NCBI GenBank assembly: GCA_021848325.1
Contig: JAJZUU010000006.1
Location: forward strand, 969 to 64,968
Origin: Pseudomonadota bacterium
GTDB lineage: Bacteria > Pseudomonadota > Gammaproteobacteria > Burkholderiales > JAJZUU01
Length of the DNA stretch: 64,000 bases
Direction: 5' to 3'
The position numbers were made by a program, and so were the translations under genes. Of the stretch, positions 28,340 to 37,763 are shown one piece after another. The stretch's first letter is position 1, and every line of letters begins with the position of its first letter. The notes under the pieces are model-generated. The model worked only from the letters and a program-made list of their open reading frames with translations, did no database searches and was not told where the DNA came from.

Positions 28340-29323
28340 CTACGCCTTGCCGAATAGCCTCAGCACCGCCCGCACCACATCCTCGTGGTCGGGGATCGCG
28401 GCCTTCTCCAGCTTGTGGTTGTAAGGGATCGGCACATTGGCCGCGTGCACCCGCACCGGGGCCGCGTCCAGCTCGAAGAAGCACTCCTCGTTGATGATGG
28501 CGATGACCTCGGCGCCCACCCCCACCGGCGCCTCGTCCTCCTCGGCGATCACCGCGCGATGGGTCTTGGCCACGGACTTCCGGATGCCCGCCCGGTCCAG
28601 GGGGGAGAGGGCGTAGAGGTCCACCACCTCGGCGCTGATGCCGTGCTGCTTGGCCAGGATGTCCGCCGCCTTGAGGCACCAGTGCACCGAGATGTTGTAG
28701 CCGAACAGGGTGACGTCCTGGCCGACGCGGGTCACTTCGGAGCCCTCCAGGGGGTGGAAGTATTCGCCGTCGGGCACCTCGCCCTTCATGTTGTACATCA
28801 GCTCGTGCTCGTTGATGAACACCGGGTCGTCGCTGCGCACCGCGGACTTCAACAGGCCGTAGGCCTGCTTCGGGTTGGACGGGGTGACCACCCGCAGCCC
28901 GGCGATGCCCATGAACACCTTTTCCATGCGCGCCGAATGCTGCGCCCCCAACTGGTGCGCGGTGCCGCCGGGGGAGCGGATCACCACCGGGGCGGCGAGC
29001 TGGCCGCCCGACATGTAGCGCACCTTGGCGGCGGTGTTGACAATCTGGTCCGTGGCCAGCCAGGCGAAGTTGACCGACATGATCTCGATGATCGGCCGCA
29101 CGCCGAGGAACGAGGCGCCGATGCCCAGGCCGGTGTAGCCGTTTTCCGAGATCGGGGTGTCGATCACCCGCAGCGGGCCGTATTTCTCGTGCAGGCCCTT
29201 GGTGGCCTTGTAGGTGCCGCCGGCCACGCCGATGTCTTCCCCCATGCAGATCACCAGGGGGTCCCGTGCCATCTCTTCGTCGTGGGCGCGCAGAATCGCC
29301 TCCCAGTACATCATTTCTGCCAT
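28340..29323 (-). CDS. pdhB: Pyruvate dehydrogenase E1 beta subunit
   Basis: GEDIG, DTPISE, GAQHS, EHELMY; start at MAEMMYWEA. Confidence 0.95.
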   Translation of the reverse strand: MAEMMYWEAILRAHDEEMARDPLVICMGEDIGVAGGTYKATKGLHEKYGPLRVIDTPISENGYTGLGIGASFLGVRPIIEIMSVNFAWLATDQIVNTAAKVRYMSGGQLAAPVVIRSPGGTAHQLGAQHSARMEKVFMGIAGLRVVTPSNPKQAYGLLKSAVRSDDPVFINEHELMYNMKGEVPDGEYFHPLEGSEVTRVGQDVTLFGYNISVHWCLKAADILAKQHGISAEVVDLYALSPLDRAGIRKSVAKTHRAVIAEEDEAPVGVGAEVIAIINEECFFELDAAPVRVHAANVPIPYNHKLEKAAIPDHEDVVRAVLRLFGKA

Positions 29324-29451
29324 CTTCGTATCCTTTTCGAATTCTTTGCCCCAGGGGCCCGGAGGAATGCAAAATCGAGCGGGGCGATTCCCCGGATCCT
29401 GCAATCCCCCGTATTCACGTATTCAGTCCGGGCCCTCTGCAGTGAATGCCT

Positions 29452-30411
29452 CTAAGCCAATACGTATTTTTCCAGATCGGCCACGTCCGGTTCCGGCGAC
29501 TCGTCGGCGAACCGGATCACCTCGTTCTCGATATAGCCGTCGATCTCCTTTTCCAGGGCGGCGAATTCGTCCATGGTCATGGCGCCGGCGTCCACCAGCC
29601 GGTCGCGCAGGATGAAGATCGGGTCGCGCTGCTTCCACATCTCTTCTTCCTCGCGGGTGCGGTAGGAACGGGAGTCGGACATGGAATGGCCGCGGTAGCG
29701 GTAGGTCATCAGTTCCAGGAAATACGGGCCCTTCCGGTCGCGCACATGGGACACGGCGGTCTTGGCATGCTCGTACACCACGTCGAAGTCCTGGCCGTCG
29801 CACTGGGCGGCCTCGATGCCATAGCCGCACACCCGCTTGAACTGGTCCAGCACCGCGGTGGAACGGTGGATCACGGTGCCGATCCCGTACTGGTTGTTTT
29901 CGCACACGAACAGCACCGGCAGGTTCCACAGCTTGGCCATGTTCATGGTTTCGTGGAAGGTGCCCTGGTTGTTGGCCGCGTCGCCCAGGAAACAGATCGC
30001 GATCTCGTCGCCGCCCTTCATCTGGATCGCCTTGGCGATGCCGGTGGCCAGGGGGAACGGTCCGCCTACCAGGGCATAGCCGCCCATGAAGTGGTGCTTC
30101 ACGTCGAAGATGTGCATGGAGCCGCCGCGCCCCTTGGAGGAGCCGGTTTCCTTGGCGTACAGTTCGGCCATCACCTCTTTCGGGTCGGCGCCGCACTTGA
30201 TGGCGTGCACATGGTCGCGGTAGCCGGTGATCACGTAGTCCTGGCCCGGCCGCGCCGCCTCCATGACACCGTTGACGCAGGCCTCCTGGCCCGGGTAGAG
30301 GTGCAGGAAACCGCCGATCTTGCGCTCCATGTATGCCTGGTAGCAGCGCTCCTCGAAGCGGCGCCCCAGCACCATCTCGCGCAGGACGCGTTTTTTGTCT
30401 TGCAAGTTCAT
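29452..30411 (-). CDS. pdhA: Pyruvate dehydrogenase E1 alpha subunit
   Basis: GGFLHLYPGQEA, GRGGSMH, TPP motif GDAA...ENN, TYRYRGHSMSD. Confidence 0.96.
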   Translation of the reverse strand: MNLQDKKRVLREMVLGRRFEERCYQAYMERKIGGFLHLYPGQEACVNGVMEAARPGQDYVITGYRDHVHAIKCGADPKEVMAELYAKETGSSKGRGGSMHIFDVKHHFMGGYALVGGPFPLATGIAKAIQMKGGDEIAICFLGDAANNQGTFHETMNMAKLWNLPVLFVCENNQYGIGTVIHRSTAVLDQFKRVCGYGIEAAQCDGQDFDVVYEHAKTAVSHVRDRKGPYFLELMTYRYRGHSMSDSRSYRTREEEEMWKQRDPIFILRDRLVDAGAMTMDEFAALEKEIDGYIENEVIRFADESPEPDVADLEKYVLA

Positions 30412-30705
30412 TGGGGTCCTTCCGTCAAAGTCAGTAAAATTCTTGCAATCGGGTGGCGCCGGATGCAGCGGATAAGCCCCCCCCCGAATCCCGAAAAATC
30501 GTCAGCGGCACGCCCGGCGGCGGCCGAATTCCCCGCAGTGCGCTTTGACCGGCGGCGCGCCGGATGTTATGGTTGTTATGCGCCTTAGGCGGCTGATCGG
30601 AATAAACTTGCTATCATTACGAAGTTGGCGGTTTTGGTCAAGTTTTAGACCCCGCAAGCGGCGGCCCGCCCCAGGCATCTTGACGGATTTTGATGTAATC
30701 TGAAT

Positions 30706-30720
30706 TGGCATCCTGTTTGC
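30706..30720 (+). promoter_or_regulatory. Possible sigma54 -24/-12 promoter
   Basis: TGGCATCCTGTTTGC has exact GG-N10-GC spacing, 12 nt before the MoxR ATG. Confidence 0.4.
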
Positions 30721-30732
30721 GGAACAACCACC

Positions 30733-31830
30733 ATGCGACCCTCCCATATCCTGTCCATCCTCGACCGAGAGTTCTCCAGCACGCTGAACAAGCAGCACAC
30801 GCCGGTGATGCTGTGGGGACCGCCCGGCGTGGGCAAGTCCCAGATCATCGCGGAAATCGCCCAGCGCCACCGGGTGCCCCTGATCGACATCCGCCTGTCG
30901 CAGATGGAGCCCACCGACCTGCGCGGCATCCCGTTCCGGCGCCAGGAACTGGTGGAATGGTCGGTCCCCGCCGCCCTGCCGAACGCCGAGCGGCACGGGG
31001 AGAAGGGCATCCTGCTCCTGGACGAGATCAATTCCGCCCCCCCCACGGTTTCCGCAGCGGCCTATCAGCTCATTCTCGACCGCCGCCTGGGGGAATACGC
31101 GGTCCCGGAGGGCTGGGCCATCTTCGCCGCCGGCAACCGCCAGGGCGACCGGGGGGTGACCTACGTCATGCCGGCGCCCCTGGCCAACCGCTTCACCCAC
31201 TACGAGGTGGAGGCGCACCTGGATGACTGGGTGTCCTGGGCCCACGGCTACGACATCGACCCCCGCATCATTGCCTTCCTCCGCTTCAGGCCCGACATGC
31301 TGTTCGATTTCGATCCGGCGCACAATCCGGTGGCGTTTCCGTCGCCCCGCTCCTGGGAATATGCCCATCGCGCCCTGCACAAGTTCGCCGACATCCCGCA
31401 GCTGATGCTGGACACCCTGCAGGCCTGCGTCGGGCCCACCGCCGGGATCGAACTGAAGGCCTTCATCGACAACATGGCGCAACTGCCCGACATCGATGGC
31501 ATCGTGCGCGGCGAGGAGGCCCAGGTGCCAAAGGGCATCGACCTGCAATACGGGGTGGCCGCGGCGCTGGTGCGGCGCGCCGTGCAGGCCAGGGACAGCG
31601 CCGCGGCGTCCCCCGAGGGGACTTCCTGCGGGGCGAACGGGGTGTTCGGCAACATCCTGAAGTACGCCAAGCGCTTCCCCCAGCGCGAGATGGGGGTGAT
31701 GCTGGTGACCGACATGCACCGGGCCATCGGCAAGCCGCTGTTCGCCGTCCCCGAATTCGCGGATTGGGCCAACACCATCACCGACCTGATGCTGTACGAC
31801 CTGAAGTGGTCCTCCAGCAAGGCGGACTAA
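30733..31830 (+). CDS. MoxR-like AAA+ ATPase
   Basis: Walker A GPPGVGKS, Walker B LLDEIN, AAGN, PLANRFTH, PSPRSWE. Confidence 0.92.
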   Translation: MRPSHILSILDREFSSTLNKQHTPVMLWGPPGVGKSQIIAEIAQRHRVPLIDIRLSQMEPTDLRGIPFRRQELVEWSVPAALPNAERHGEKGILLLDEINSAPPTVSAAAYQLILDRRLGEYAVPEGWAIFAAGNRQGDRGVTYVMPAPLANRFTHYEVEAHLDDWVSWAHGYDIDPRIIAFLRFRPDMLFDFDPAHNPVAFPSPRSWEYAHRALHKFADIPQLMLDTLQACVGPTAGIELKAFIDNMAQLPDIDGIVRGEEAQVPKGIDLQYGVAAALVRRAVQARDSAAASPEGTSCGANGVFGNILKYAKRFPQREMGVMLVTDMHRAIGKPLFAVPEFADWANTITDLMLYDLKWSSSKAD

Positions 31831-31847
31831 GCCGGGAGGGAGCGGGC

Positions 31848-33173
31848 ATGGTGTACGATCTTGCGGAAATCGGGACCAAGCTCAGCGCGGCGCGCACCCG
31901 GCTGATCCTGGAAAAGCCCTTCATCGGCGCCCTGGTGATGCATCTGCCCCTGGTGGCCGCCGCCGGTTCCTGGTGCCGCACCACCGCCACGGACGCCAAG
32001 GCGCTCTACTATAACCCGGAATTCATCGACACCCTGAACCTGGCCGAGACCCAGTTCATGCTGGCCCATGAGGCGCTGCACTGCGCCCTGGGCCATTTCG
32101 CGCGGCGCCACCACCGCATGAAGCACCGCTGGGACGTGGCCTGCGAACATGCCGTCAACCTGCTGCTGGTGGCGGAGGGGATGAAGCCGCCGGAGGGCGC
32201 CCTGCTCAACCATCTGTACGAGAACCTGACCGCTGAGGAGATCTATCCCCTGATCCAGCAGGGATCTTCCGAGAAGACCCTGGACCATCATCTGTTCGAC
32301 GGCATGGGCGACGACGACCAGGGCAAGGGCGAAGGCGAGTCCGACGTCGAGCAATCGGCCGGCGGAGGGGGGCAAGGGGAGCGGCGCGACAGCGGCGAGG
32401 AGGGCGACGAGCGGGAGGGCCAGGGCGGCGGCCGCAGCGCCCGGGGCGAACCGGACAAAGGGAGCGGCCAGGGAGAGGAGCAGGATAACCGCGAGTGGCA
32501 GTCCCAGTTGCGCCGGCGGCCCCCCGACCAACCGGGCGTGAGCGAGAAGGAAGAACTGGCCGCCCAATGGCGCCAGCGCCTCGCCTCGGTGGCGCAGCAG
32601 GCTAGGCAGGCGGGCCGGCTGGGGGAATCCTGGATGCGCACCCTGGACGATCTGCTGCAGCCGAAACTGCCGTGGCGCATGCTGCTGGCGCGCTACATGA
32701 TGAGCGTGGCGCGGGACGACTACAGCTTCCAGCGCCAGTCCCGGCGCGAGGACGACGCCCTGCTGCCGAGCCTGTACAGCGGCGAGGTGAACGTGGTGGT
32801 GGCCCTGGACACCAGCGGCTCGGTGAGCGACGAGGAAATGCGCGAATTCGTGGGCGAGATCGACGCCCTCAAGGGCCAAGTGCGCGCACGGGTCACCCTG
32901 CACGCCTGCGACGAGCGGCTGAGCGAGCACGGCCCCTGGGTGTTTCAGTCCTGGGATCCGGTCAGCCTGCCGCGCGCGGTGAGCGGCGGCGGCGGCACCC
33001 GCTTCACCCCGGTGTTCGAATGGGTGGAGCGGGAAAACCTGCGGCCCGACCTGCTGCTTTATTTCACCGACGCGGAAGGGGAGTTCCCGCCTGGCGCACC
33101 CGCGTACCCGGTGATCTGGCTGGTCAAGGGCAAGGCCGCCGTGCCGTGGGGCCAGAGGATCCAGCTTAACTAG
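31848..33173 (+). CDS. DUF2201-type putative metallopeptidase + VWA domain protein
   Basis: TATD, HEALH (HExxH), acidic Gly-rich linker, MIDAS DTSGS, GGGGTRF, YFTDAEG. Confidence 0.88.
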   Translation: MVYDLAEIGTKLSAARTRLILEKPFIGALVMHLPLVAAAGSWCRTTATDAKALYYNPEFIDTLNLAETQFMLAHEALHCALGHFARRHHRMKHRWDVACEHAVNLLLVAEGMKPPEGALLNHLYENLTAEEIYPLIQQGSSEKTLDHHLFDGMGDDDQGKGEGESDVEQSAGGGGQGERRDSGEEGDEREGQGGGRSARGEPDKGSGQGEEQDNREWQSQLRRRPPDQPGVSEKEELAAQWRQRLASVAQQARQAGRLGESWMRTLDDLLQPKLPWRMLLARYMMSVARDDYSFQRQSRREDDALLPSLYSGEVNVVVALDTSGSVSDEEMREFVGEIDALKGQVRARVTLHACDERLSEHGPWVFQSWDPVSLPRAVSGGGGTRFTPVFEWVERENLRPDLLLYFTDAEGEFPPGAPAYPVIWLVKGKAAVPWGQRIQLN

Positions 33174-33199
33174 CCCGGTCCGGGCGCATCGGGAAGACC

Positions 33200-35005
33200 A
33201 TGTCCGTTCACACCGTTTTGCCCCAGGGCGCCCGCTACAACTGGCGTTACATCGTTTCCATCGTCCTGCGGCACAAGCGGCGCCTGGTCAAGGCCCACGG
33301 GGTGGCGATCCTGGCGGTGCTGGCCAGCGTGCCGATCCCGCTCTTGATGCCGCTGCTGGTGGACGAGGTTCTGCTGCACAAGCCCGGACGCATGCTGGCC
33401 CTGGTGGACGCCCTGTTCCCCGCCGCCTGGCATGGCCCGCTGCTCTATATCGGCGCGGTCCTGGCGCTCACTGTCGTGCTGCGGCTGGCGGGGCTGCTGC
33501 TGGGGGTGTGGCAGACCCGGGACTTTACCCTCATCGCCAAGGACGCGACCTTCCGCATGCGCCAGGAACTGTTGCAGCGCCTGCGGCGGATCGCCATGTC
33601 GGAGTACGAAACCCTGGGCAGCGGGGCGGTGGCCTCCCACTTCGTGACCGACCTCAATGCGGTGGACGATTTCGTGGGGGCCGGCGTCAGCAAGTTCCTG
33701 GTGGCGGTCCTGTCCCTGGTGGGCACTTCCGCCATCCTGTTGTGGATGCACTGGCAGTTGGCCCTGTTCATCCTGCTGATGAACCCGGTGGTGATCTATT
33801 TCACCACGGTACTGGGCAAGCGGGTGAAGGAGCTGAAGCGGCGGGAAAACTCCGCCTTCGAGCTGTTCAACCAGGCCCTCACCGAGACCCTGGATGCCAT
33901 CCAGCAGATCCGGGCGGTCAACCGGGAGCGCCATTACATCGGCCGCGTCATCGACCGGGCGCGGGGCATCAAGACCCACGCCGCGGCGTATTCCTGGAAG
34001 AGCGACGCGGCCAGCCGCTTCTCCTTCATGGCGTTCCTGGTCGGCTTCGACGCGTTTCGCGCCATCAGCATGCTGATGGTGGTGTTCTCCAATCTCACCG
34101 TGGGCGAGATGATGGCGGTGTTCGGCTACCTGTGGTTCATGATGTCTCCGGTGCAGGAGATCCTCGGCATCCAGTACGCCTACTATGCCGCCAACGCCGC
34201 CCTGGGGCGCATCAACCGCCTGCTGACTCTGCGCGCCGAGCCCCAATACCCCCACCTCAAGGACCCGTTCGCCGGCAAGCACACCGTGGGGGTGCGGCTG
34301 GAAGACGTATCCTTCGCCTACGGCGAGGGGCCGCTGGTGCTGGACCGGGTAAGCCTGGATATCCGCCCCGGGGAGAAGGTGGCCCTGGTGGGGGCCAGCG
34401 GAGGCGGGAAATCCACCCTGGTGCAGGTGCTGCTGGGGCTCTACACCCCCCAGTCCGGCATGCTCTACTTCGACGGCGTGCCGCTCACCGAGATCGGGCT
34501 GGAGGTGGTGCGGGAGCACGTGGCCACGGTGCTGCAGCACCCGGCCCTGTTCAACGACACGGTGCGCATGAACCTGACCCTGGGCCGCACCTTCTCGGAA
34601 CAGGAACTGTGGCAGGCCCTGGAGGTGGCCCAGTTGCGCGCCACGGTGAAGGCGATGCCCAACGGCCTGGATACCGTGGTGGGACGCAACGGGGTGCGCC
34701 TGTCCGGCGGCCAGCGCCAGCGCCTGGCCATCGCCCGAATGATACTGTCGAAACCTCATGTGGTGATCCTGGACGAGGCCACCTCGGCCCTGGACAGCGA
34801 GACCGAGGCGCGGCTGCACGAGGCCCTGCGCGAATTCCTCAAGGACCGCACCACCCTCATCGTGGCCCACCGCCTGAGCGCGGTCAAGCAGGCCGACCGG
34901 GTCTACGTGTTCGACGGCGGGCGCATCATCGAGGAGGGGGCGCACGAAGATCTGCTGCGCAGCGACGGCATCTACCGCCGCCTCTACGGACAGCTGCAGC
35001 ACTGA
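33200..35005 (+). CDS. ABC exporter, fused permease and ATP-binding domain
   Basis: N-terminal TM domain; GASGGGKST, LSGGQRQR, LDEATSALD, IVAHRL. Confidence 0.95.
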   Translation: MSVHTVLPQGARYNWRYIVSIVLRHKRRLVKAHGVAILAVLASVPIPLLMPLLVDEVLLHKPGRMLALVDALFPAAWHGPLLYIGAVLALTVVLRLAGLLLGVWQTRDFTLIAKDATFRMRQELLQRLRRIAMSEYETLGSGAVASHFVTDLNAVDDFVGAGVSKFLVAVLSLVGTSAILLWMHWQLALFILLMNPVVIYFTTVLGKRVKELKRRENSAFELFNQALTETLDAIQQIRAVNRERHYIGRVIDRARGIKTHAAAYSWKSDAASRFSFMAFLVGFDAFRAISMLMVVFSNLTVGEMMAVFGYLWFMMSPVQEILGIQYAYYAANAALGRINRLLTLRAEPQYPHLKDPFAGKHTVGVRLEDVSFAYGEGPLVLDRVSLDIRPGEKVALVGASGGGKSTLVQVLLGLYTPQSGMLYFDGVPLTEIGLEVVREHVATVLQHPALFNDTVRMNLTLGRTFSEQELWQALEVAQLRATVKAMPNGLDTVVGRNGVRLSGGQRQRLAIARMILSKPHVVILDEATSALDSETEARLHEALREFLKDRTTLIVAHRLSAVKQADRVYVFDGGRIIEEGAHEDLLRSDGIYRRLYGQLQH

Positions 35006-35094
35006 GAGGTTGTGAAGAAACCGTCGCGAGCGTCCGGAGTGCGAGGCGCGAACGATGCGAACGACGAGACATATCGAATGGATAGGCGAGGCGG

Positions 35095-35565
35095 ATGGAC
35101 AGCCAAGAACCTTGTCCCTGCGGCAGCGGCAAACCCTTCTCCGCCTGCTGCGACCCCTATCTGGCGGGGCTGCGGCAGGCCCCCACGGCCCAGGCGCTGA
35201 TGCGCTCGCGCTACAGCGCCTATGTGCGCCGGGACCGGGTCTACCTGCTGCGCACCTGGCACCCCGCGACCCGTCCGAAGGAACTGGACTTGAGCGGCGG
35301 CGGCGAGGCGTGCTGGCTGGGGTTGCAGGTACTGGGGACGGAAGCCGGGGGCCCGGGGGAGCGGGAAGGGACGGTGGAATTCATCGCCCGCTACCAACTC
35401 GGCGGCCAGCCCCAGGCCCTGCGCGAGACCAGCCGCTTCCTGCGGGAAGACGGGCAATGGCTGTACCTGGAGGGGGCCGTCTCGCATTCCCGGGAGGGCC
35501 GCAACGCCCCCTGTCCCTGCGGAAGCGGGAGGAAATACAAGCACTGCTGCCTGGGCAAGGATTAG
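35095..35565 (+). CDS. ychJ: YchJ family SEC-C motif protein
   Basis: CPCGSG...CC, LMRSRYSAY, TWHP, VEFIA, C-terminal GRNAPCPCGSGRKYKHCC. Confidence 0.93.
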   Translation: MDSQEPCPCGSGKPFSACCDPYLAGLRQAPTAQALMRSRYSAYVRRDRVYLLRTWHPATRPKELDLSGGGEACWLGLQVLGTEAGGPGEREGTVEFIARYQLGGQPQALRETSRFLREDGQWLYLEGAVSHSREGRNAPCPCGSGRKYKHCCLGKD

Positions 35566-35673
35566 AGGGGGTCATTCCAACAGCGAGTCCAGGATGCGGG
35601 TTTTTTCCGTCATCAAGAGAATTAGGTCGGCAAAGTTAAGTTTTTGTTACATTTTAAACGTCCTGATTAATAC

Positions 35674-35715
35674 TTGAATAAGCGGGATAACTATGTAAAC
35701 TGTATATGCCGTTTA
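35674..35715 (+). promoter_or_regulatory. Putative sigma70 promoter overlapped by an imperfect 20-bp palindrome
   Basis: TTGAAT-16-TAAACT; taaactgtatatgccgttta matches its reverse complement at 16/20. Confidence 0.4.
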
Positions 35716-35738
35716 TTTATTATGACTGGAGCCCGATC

Positions 35739-36269
35739 ATGATCGATGATACCGACAAGCCCGCTGAAAAAGCATCCGGAAAACCCCAAGCAGTCACGAG
35801 CGCTACAGCCCCCGCCGCCAGACCTGTAGCGAAGCCAAGAACTCCCAGGACTGCCCCCGCTTCGAGTTCGACAGCATCAAGGAAACGTCCCGCATCCGCT
35901 ACCAAAGCCAAGCCGACAACTGCATCCAAATCGATTAATCGTACTGCAGTGGCGAAAAAATCGATCACTGGGGAAAAAGCCGTCGTTAAGGCATTGCCGG
36001 TTGCGGACAAGAAAACGGGGGCGTCAAAACCCGGCAAGGTGAAAAAGCCCAAGCTGGTGCGCGACAGCTTCGCCATGCCAAAAGGGGAATATACCGTTAT
36101 TGCAACGTTGAAGGAACGCTGCCAGAAATCTGGGGTGCCTGCGAAAAAAAGCGAGATTCTGCGCGCGGCGATTGCGAATCTGGCCAAGCTAAGCGATGCA
36201 TCGCTGGCTGGCGCGATTCAGCATCTCGAAGTCATCAAGACCGGGCGACCTGCCAAGGGCTCGAAGTAG
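35739..36269 (+). CDS. Hypothetical protein: Lys/Ala/Pro-rich N-terminus and putative ribbon-helix-helix-like C-terminus
   Basis: GGAG RBS; KPKLVRDSFAMP...KKSEILRAAI...IKTGRP; DNA visibly AT-richer than flanks. Confidence 0.75.
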   Translation: MIDDTDKPAEKASGKPQAVTSATAPAARPVAKPRTPRTAPASSSTASRKRPASATKAKPTTASKSINRTAVAKKSITGEKAVVKALPVADKKTGASKPGKVKKPKLVRDSFAMPKGEYTVIATLKERCQKSGVPAKKSEILRAAIANLAKLSDASLAGAIQHLEVIKTGRPAKGSK

Positions 36270-36351
36270 CCTGTTTGAGCTACAGATAAAGAAAACGCCA
36301 AGAAATAACCCCTGCATGGCCGCTCGCCGGGTTCAGCGGCAGGTTGACGGG

Positions 36352-36776
36352 CTACTCGCGGGCAAGCGTCCGACCCTGTTCGGCACTGGAAGGGGCCATC
36401 CGTGCGGCCAGCGCATCGCGGGCGGCAAGGGCCCGCCCTGCGAATGCCGCGTTGTCGAACAACCCGGGCCGGGATCGGGAGAAATGCACAGCCAGGGCGT
36501 ACCATTTGAGGGCCCGGGCTGCGTCCGCCGACACGCCTTCCCCGCGCTCATAAAACCTGCCCAGGGCCAGGTGGGCCCCAGCCAATGGGCCGCCTTTCGG
36601 TAATCCTGGGCGAAACCGGGGGACCAGCCGTGGAAGTTTCCGGTTTCGTATGCATAGCCGAGTTCGAACTGGATTTCGGGGCATCTGTCCACCCCCGCTA
36701 CGAGGATCCCGCACAGGACCGACGCCGCGATCAGCCCGGCCGTGCGCCACGCGCGATTCGTCCGGGAAACCGCCAA
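36352..36776 (-). pseudogene. Sel1-repeat protein, frameshifted with internal deletion
   Basis: One frame gives QFELGYAYETG...QDYRKAAHWL; another continues AHLALGRFYERGEGVSADAARALKWY; junction about 36578. Confidence 0.7.
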
Positions 36777-36811
36777 CCGTCTCTCCCTTCAGGAAAGAAT
36801 TAGAATTGGAA

Positions 36812-37483
36812 TCAGGCGCCGGGCGCGCCGCCTTCCCCCGCCTGTTCCAGGGCCTCCGCCGCGATCTCGCGCACTTCCCGGTCCGCGTCGGCCAGACAGG
36901 CCCGCAGATAGGGCAGCACTTGGCTGCCCCCGATCAGGGACAGGAAATGGCAGGCATCCGCCCGGATGCGGGCGTCCTGGTGGCGGGTGAGGGCGCCCAG
37001 GCGCGGGATCATTACCTCGGAGATGCCGCTGCCCTGCAGCTCTTCCAGCACCGCGCCGATGCCCAGGCGCACCGCCATGCTGGTCTCCGGGTCCTCCAGC
37101 AGGTGCGCCAGGGCCTCCAGGCGCCGAGGCTCCCGGCGCGCCATTTCCTCCACCCGGCCGCGCCTGCCGCTGATCAAGAGCTGGTAGAAGTACTGCGCCA
37201 TGCCCTCGACGGTGCCCGCGCCTTCCGCCCAGCGCCGCAGCTCCCCGGGGGATTGCTCCCCTTCCAGTTCGTAGGGTCCGATGCGGGTCCAGGGCACCGA
37301 GCGCACTCCCAGTTCCCTGGCACGCTCCGGCAGCAGCGCCACGTTGACCGCCTCCAGCCGGCCGATCGCCCCTTCCTTCAGCAGCTTGCCCAGTCCCTCC
37401 AGCACCGCGCCGCAGTGGGGGCAGCCGGTGGCCAGCAGTAGCAGGGCGTCTGGTGGGGCCGGGCGTTGCTCGGTGTCGCTCAT
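36812..37483 (-). CDS. Thioredoxin-like (CPHC) + HEAT-repeat protein
   Basis: GCPHC, GVRSVPW, C-terminal DARIRADACHFL and DREVREIAAEAL repeats. Confidence 0.8.
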   Translation of the reverse strand: MSDTEQRPAPPDALLLLATGCPHCGAVLEGLGKLLKEGAIGRLEAVNVALLPERARELGVRSVPWTRIGPYELEGEQSPGELRRWAEGAGTVEGMAQYFYQLLISGRRGRVEEMARREPRRLEALAHLLEDPETSMAVRLGIGAVLEELQGSGISEVMIPRLGALTRHQDARIRADACHFLSLIGGSQVLPYLRACLADADREVREIAAEALEQAGEGGAPGA

Positions 37484-37508
37484 CAATTCGCCTTTTTGGG
37501 TTGTCGTA

Positions 37509-37763
37509 CTAGTGGAAGCGTCCTTTGGCCGCCTCGCCGTAGGGCCTGCCGTCCAGGCAGGCGGACAGCATCCAGGCCTGTTCCGGTTCCAGGGCGCTCG
37601 CGCCGGCCAGATAGGCAGCGGCCAGCCGCCGCTCCAGGGCCCGCATCCGGTCCGGGTCCGAGGCGATGGCCAACTCGTGGATCAATGGCGTCAGATCGGG
37701 GCGGTGGGCCTCGATCTGCATCAACACCTCGACCGGGATCGAGGGTGCGGCCCGCGCGCTCAT
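37509..37763 (-). CDS. Small hypothetical protein (84 aa)
   Basis: ATGA overlap with the hemH stop; fills the gap; host-like codon usage. Confidence 0.6.
   Translation of the reverse strand: MSARAAPSIPVEVLMQIEAHRPDLTPLIHELAIASDPDRMRALERRLAAAYLAGASALEPEQAWMLSACLDGRPYGEAAKGRFH

Noticed and set aside
30733-33173. Prophage or anti-phage defence locus
   Set aside because: Host-like codon usage, housekeeping neighbours, and no phage, nuclease or other defence genes nearby.
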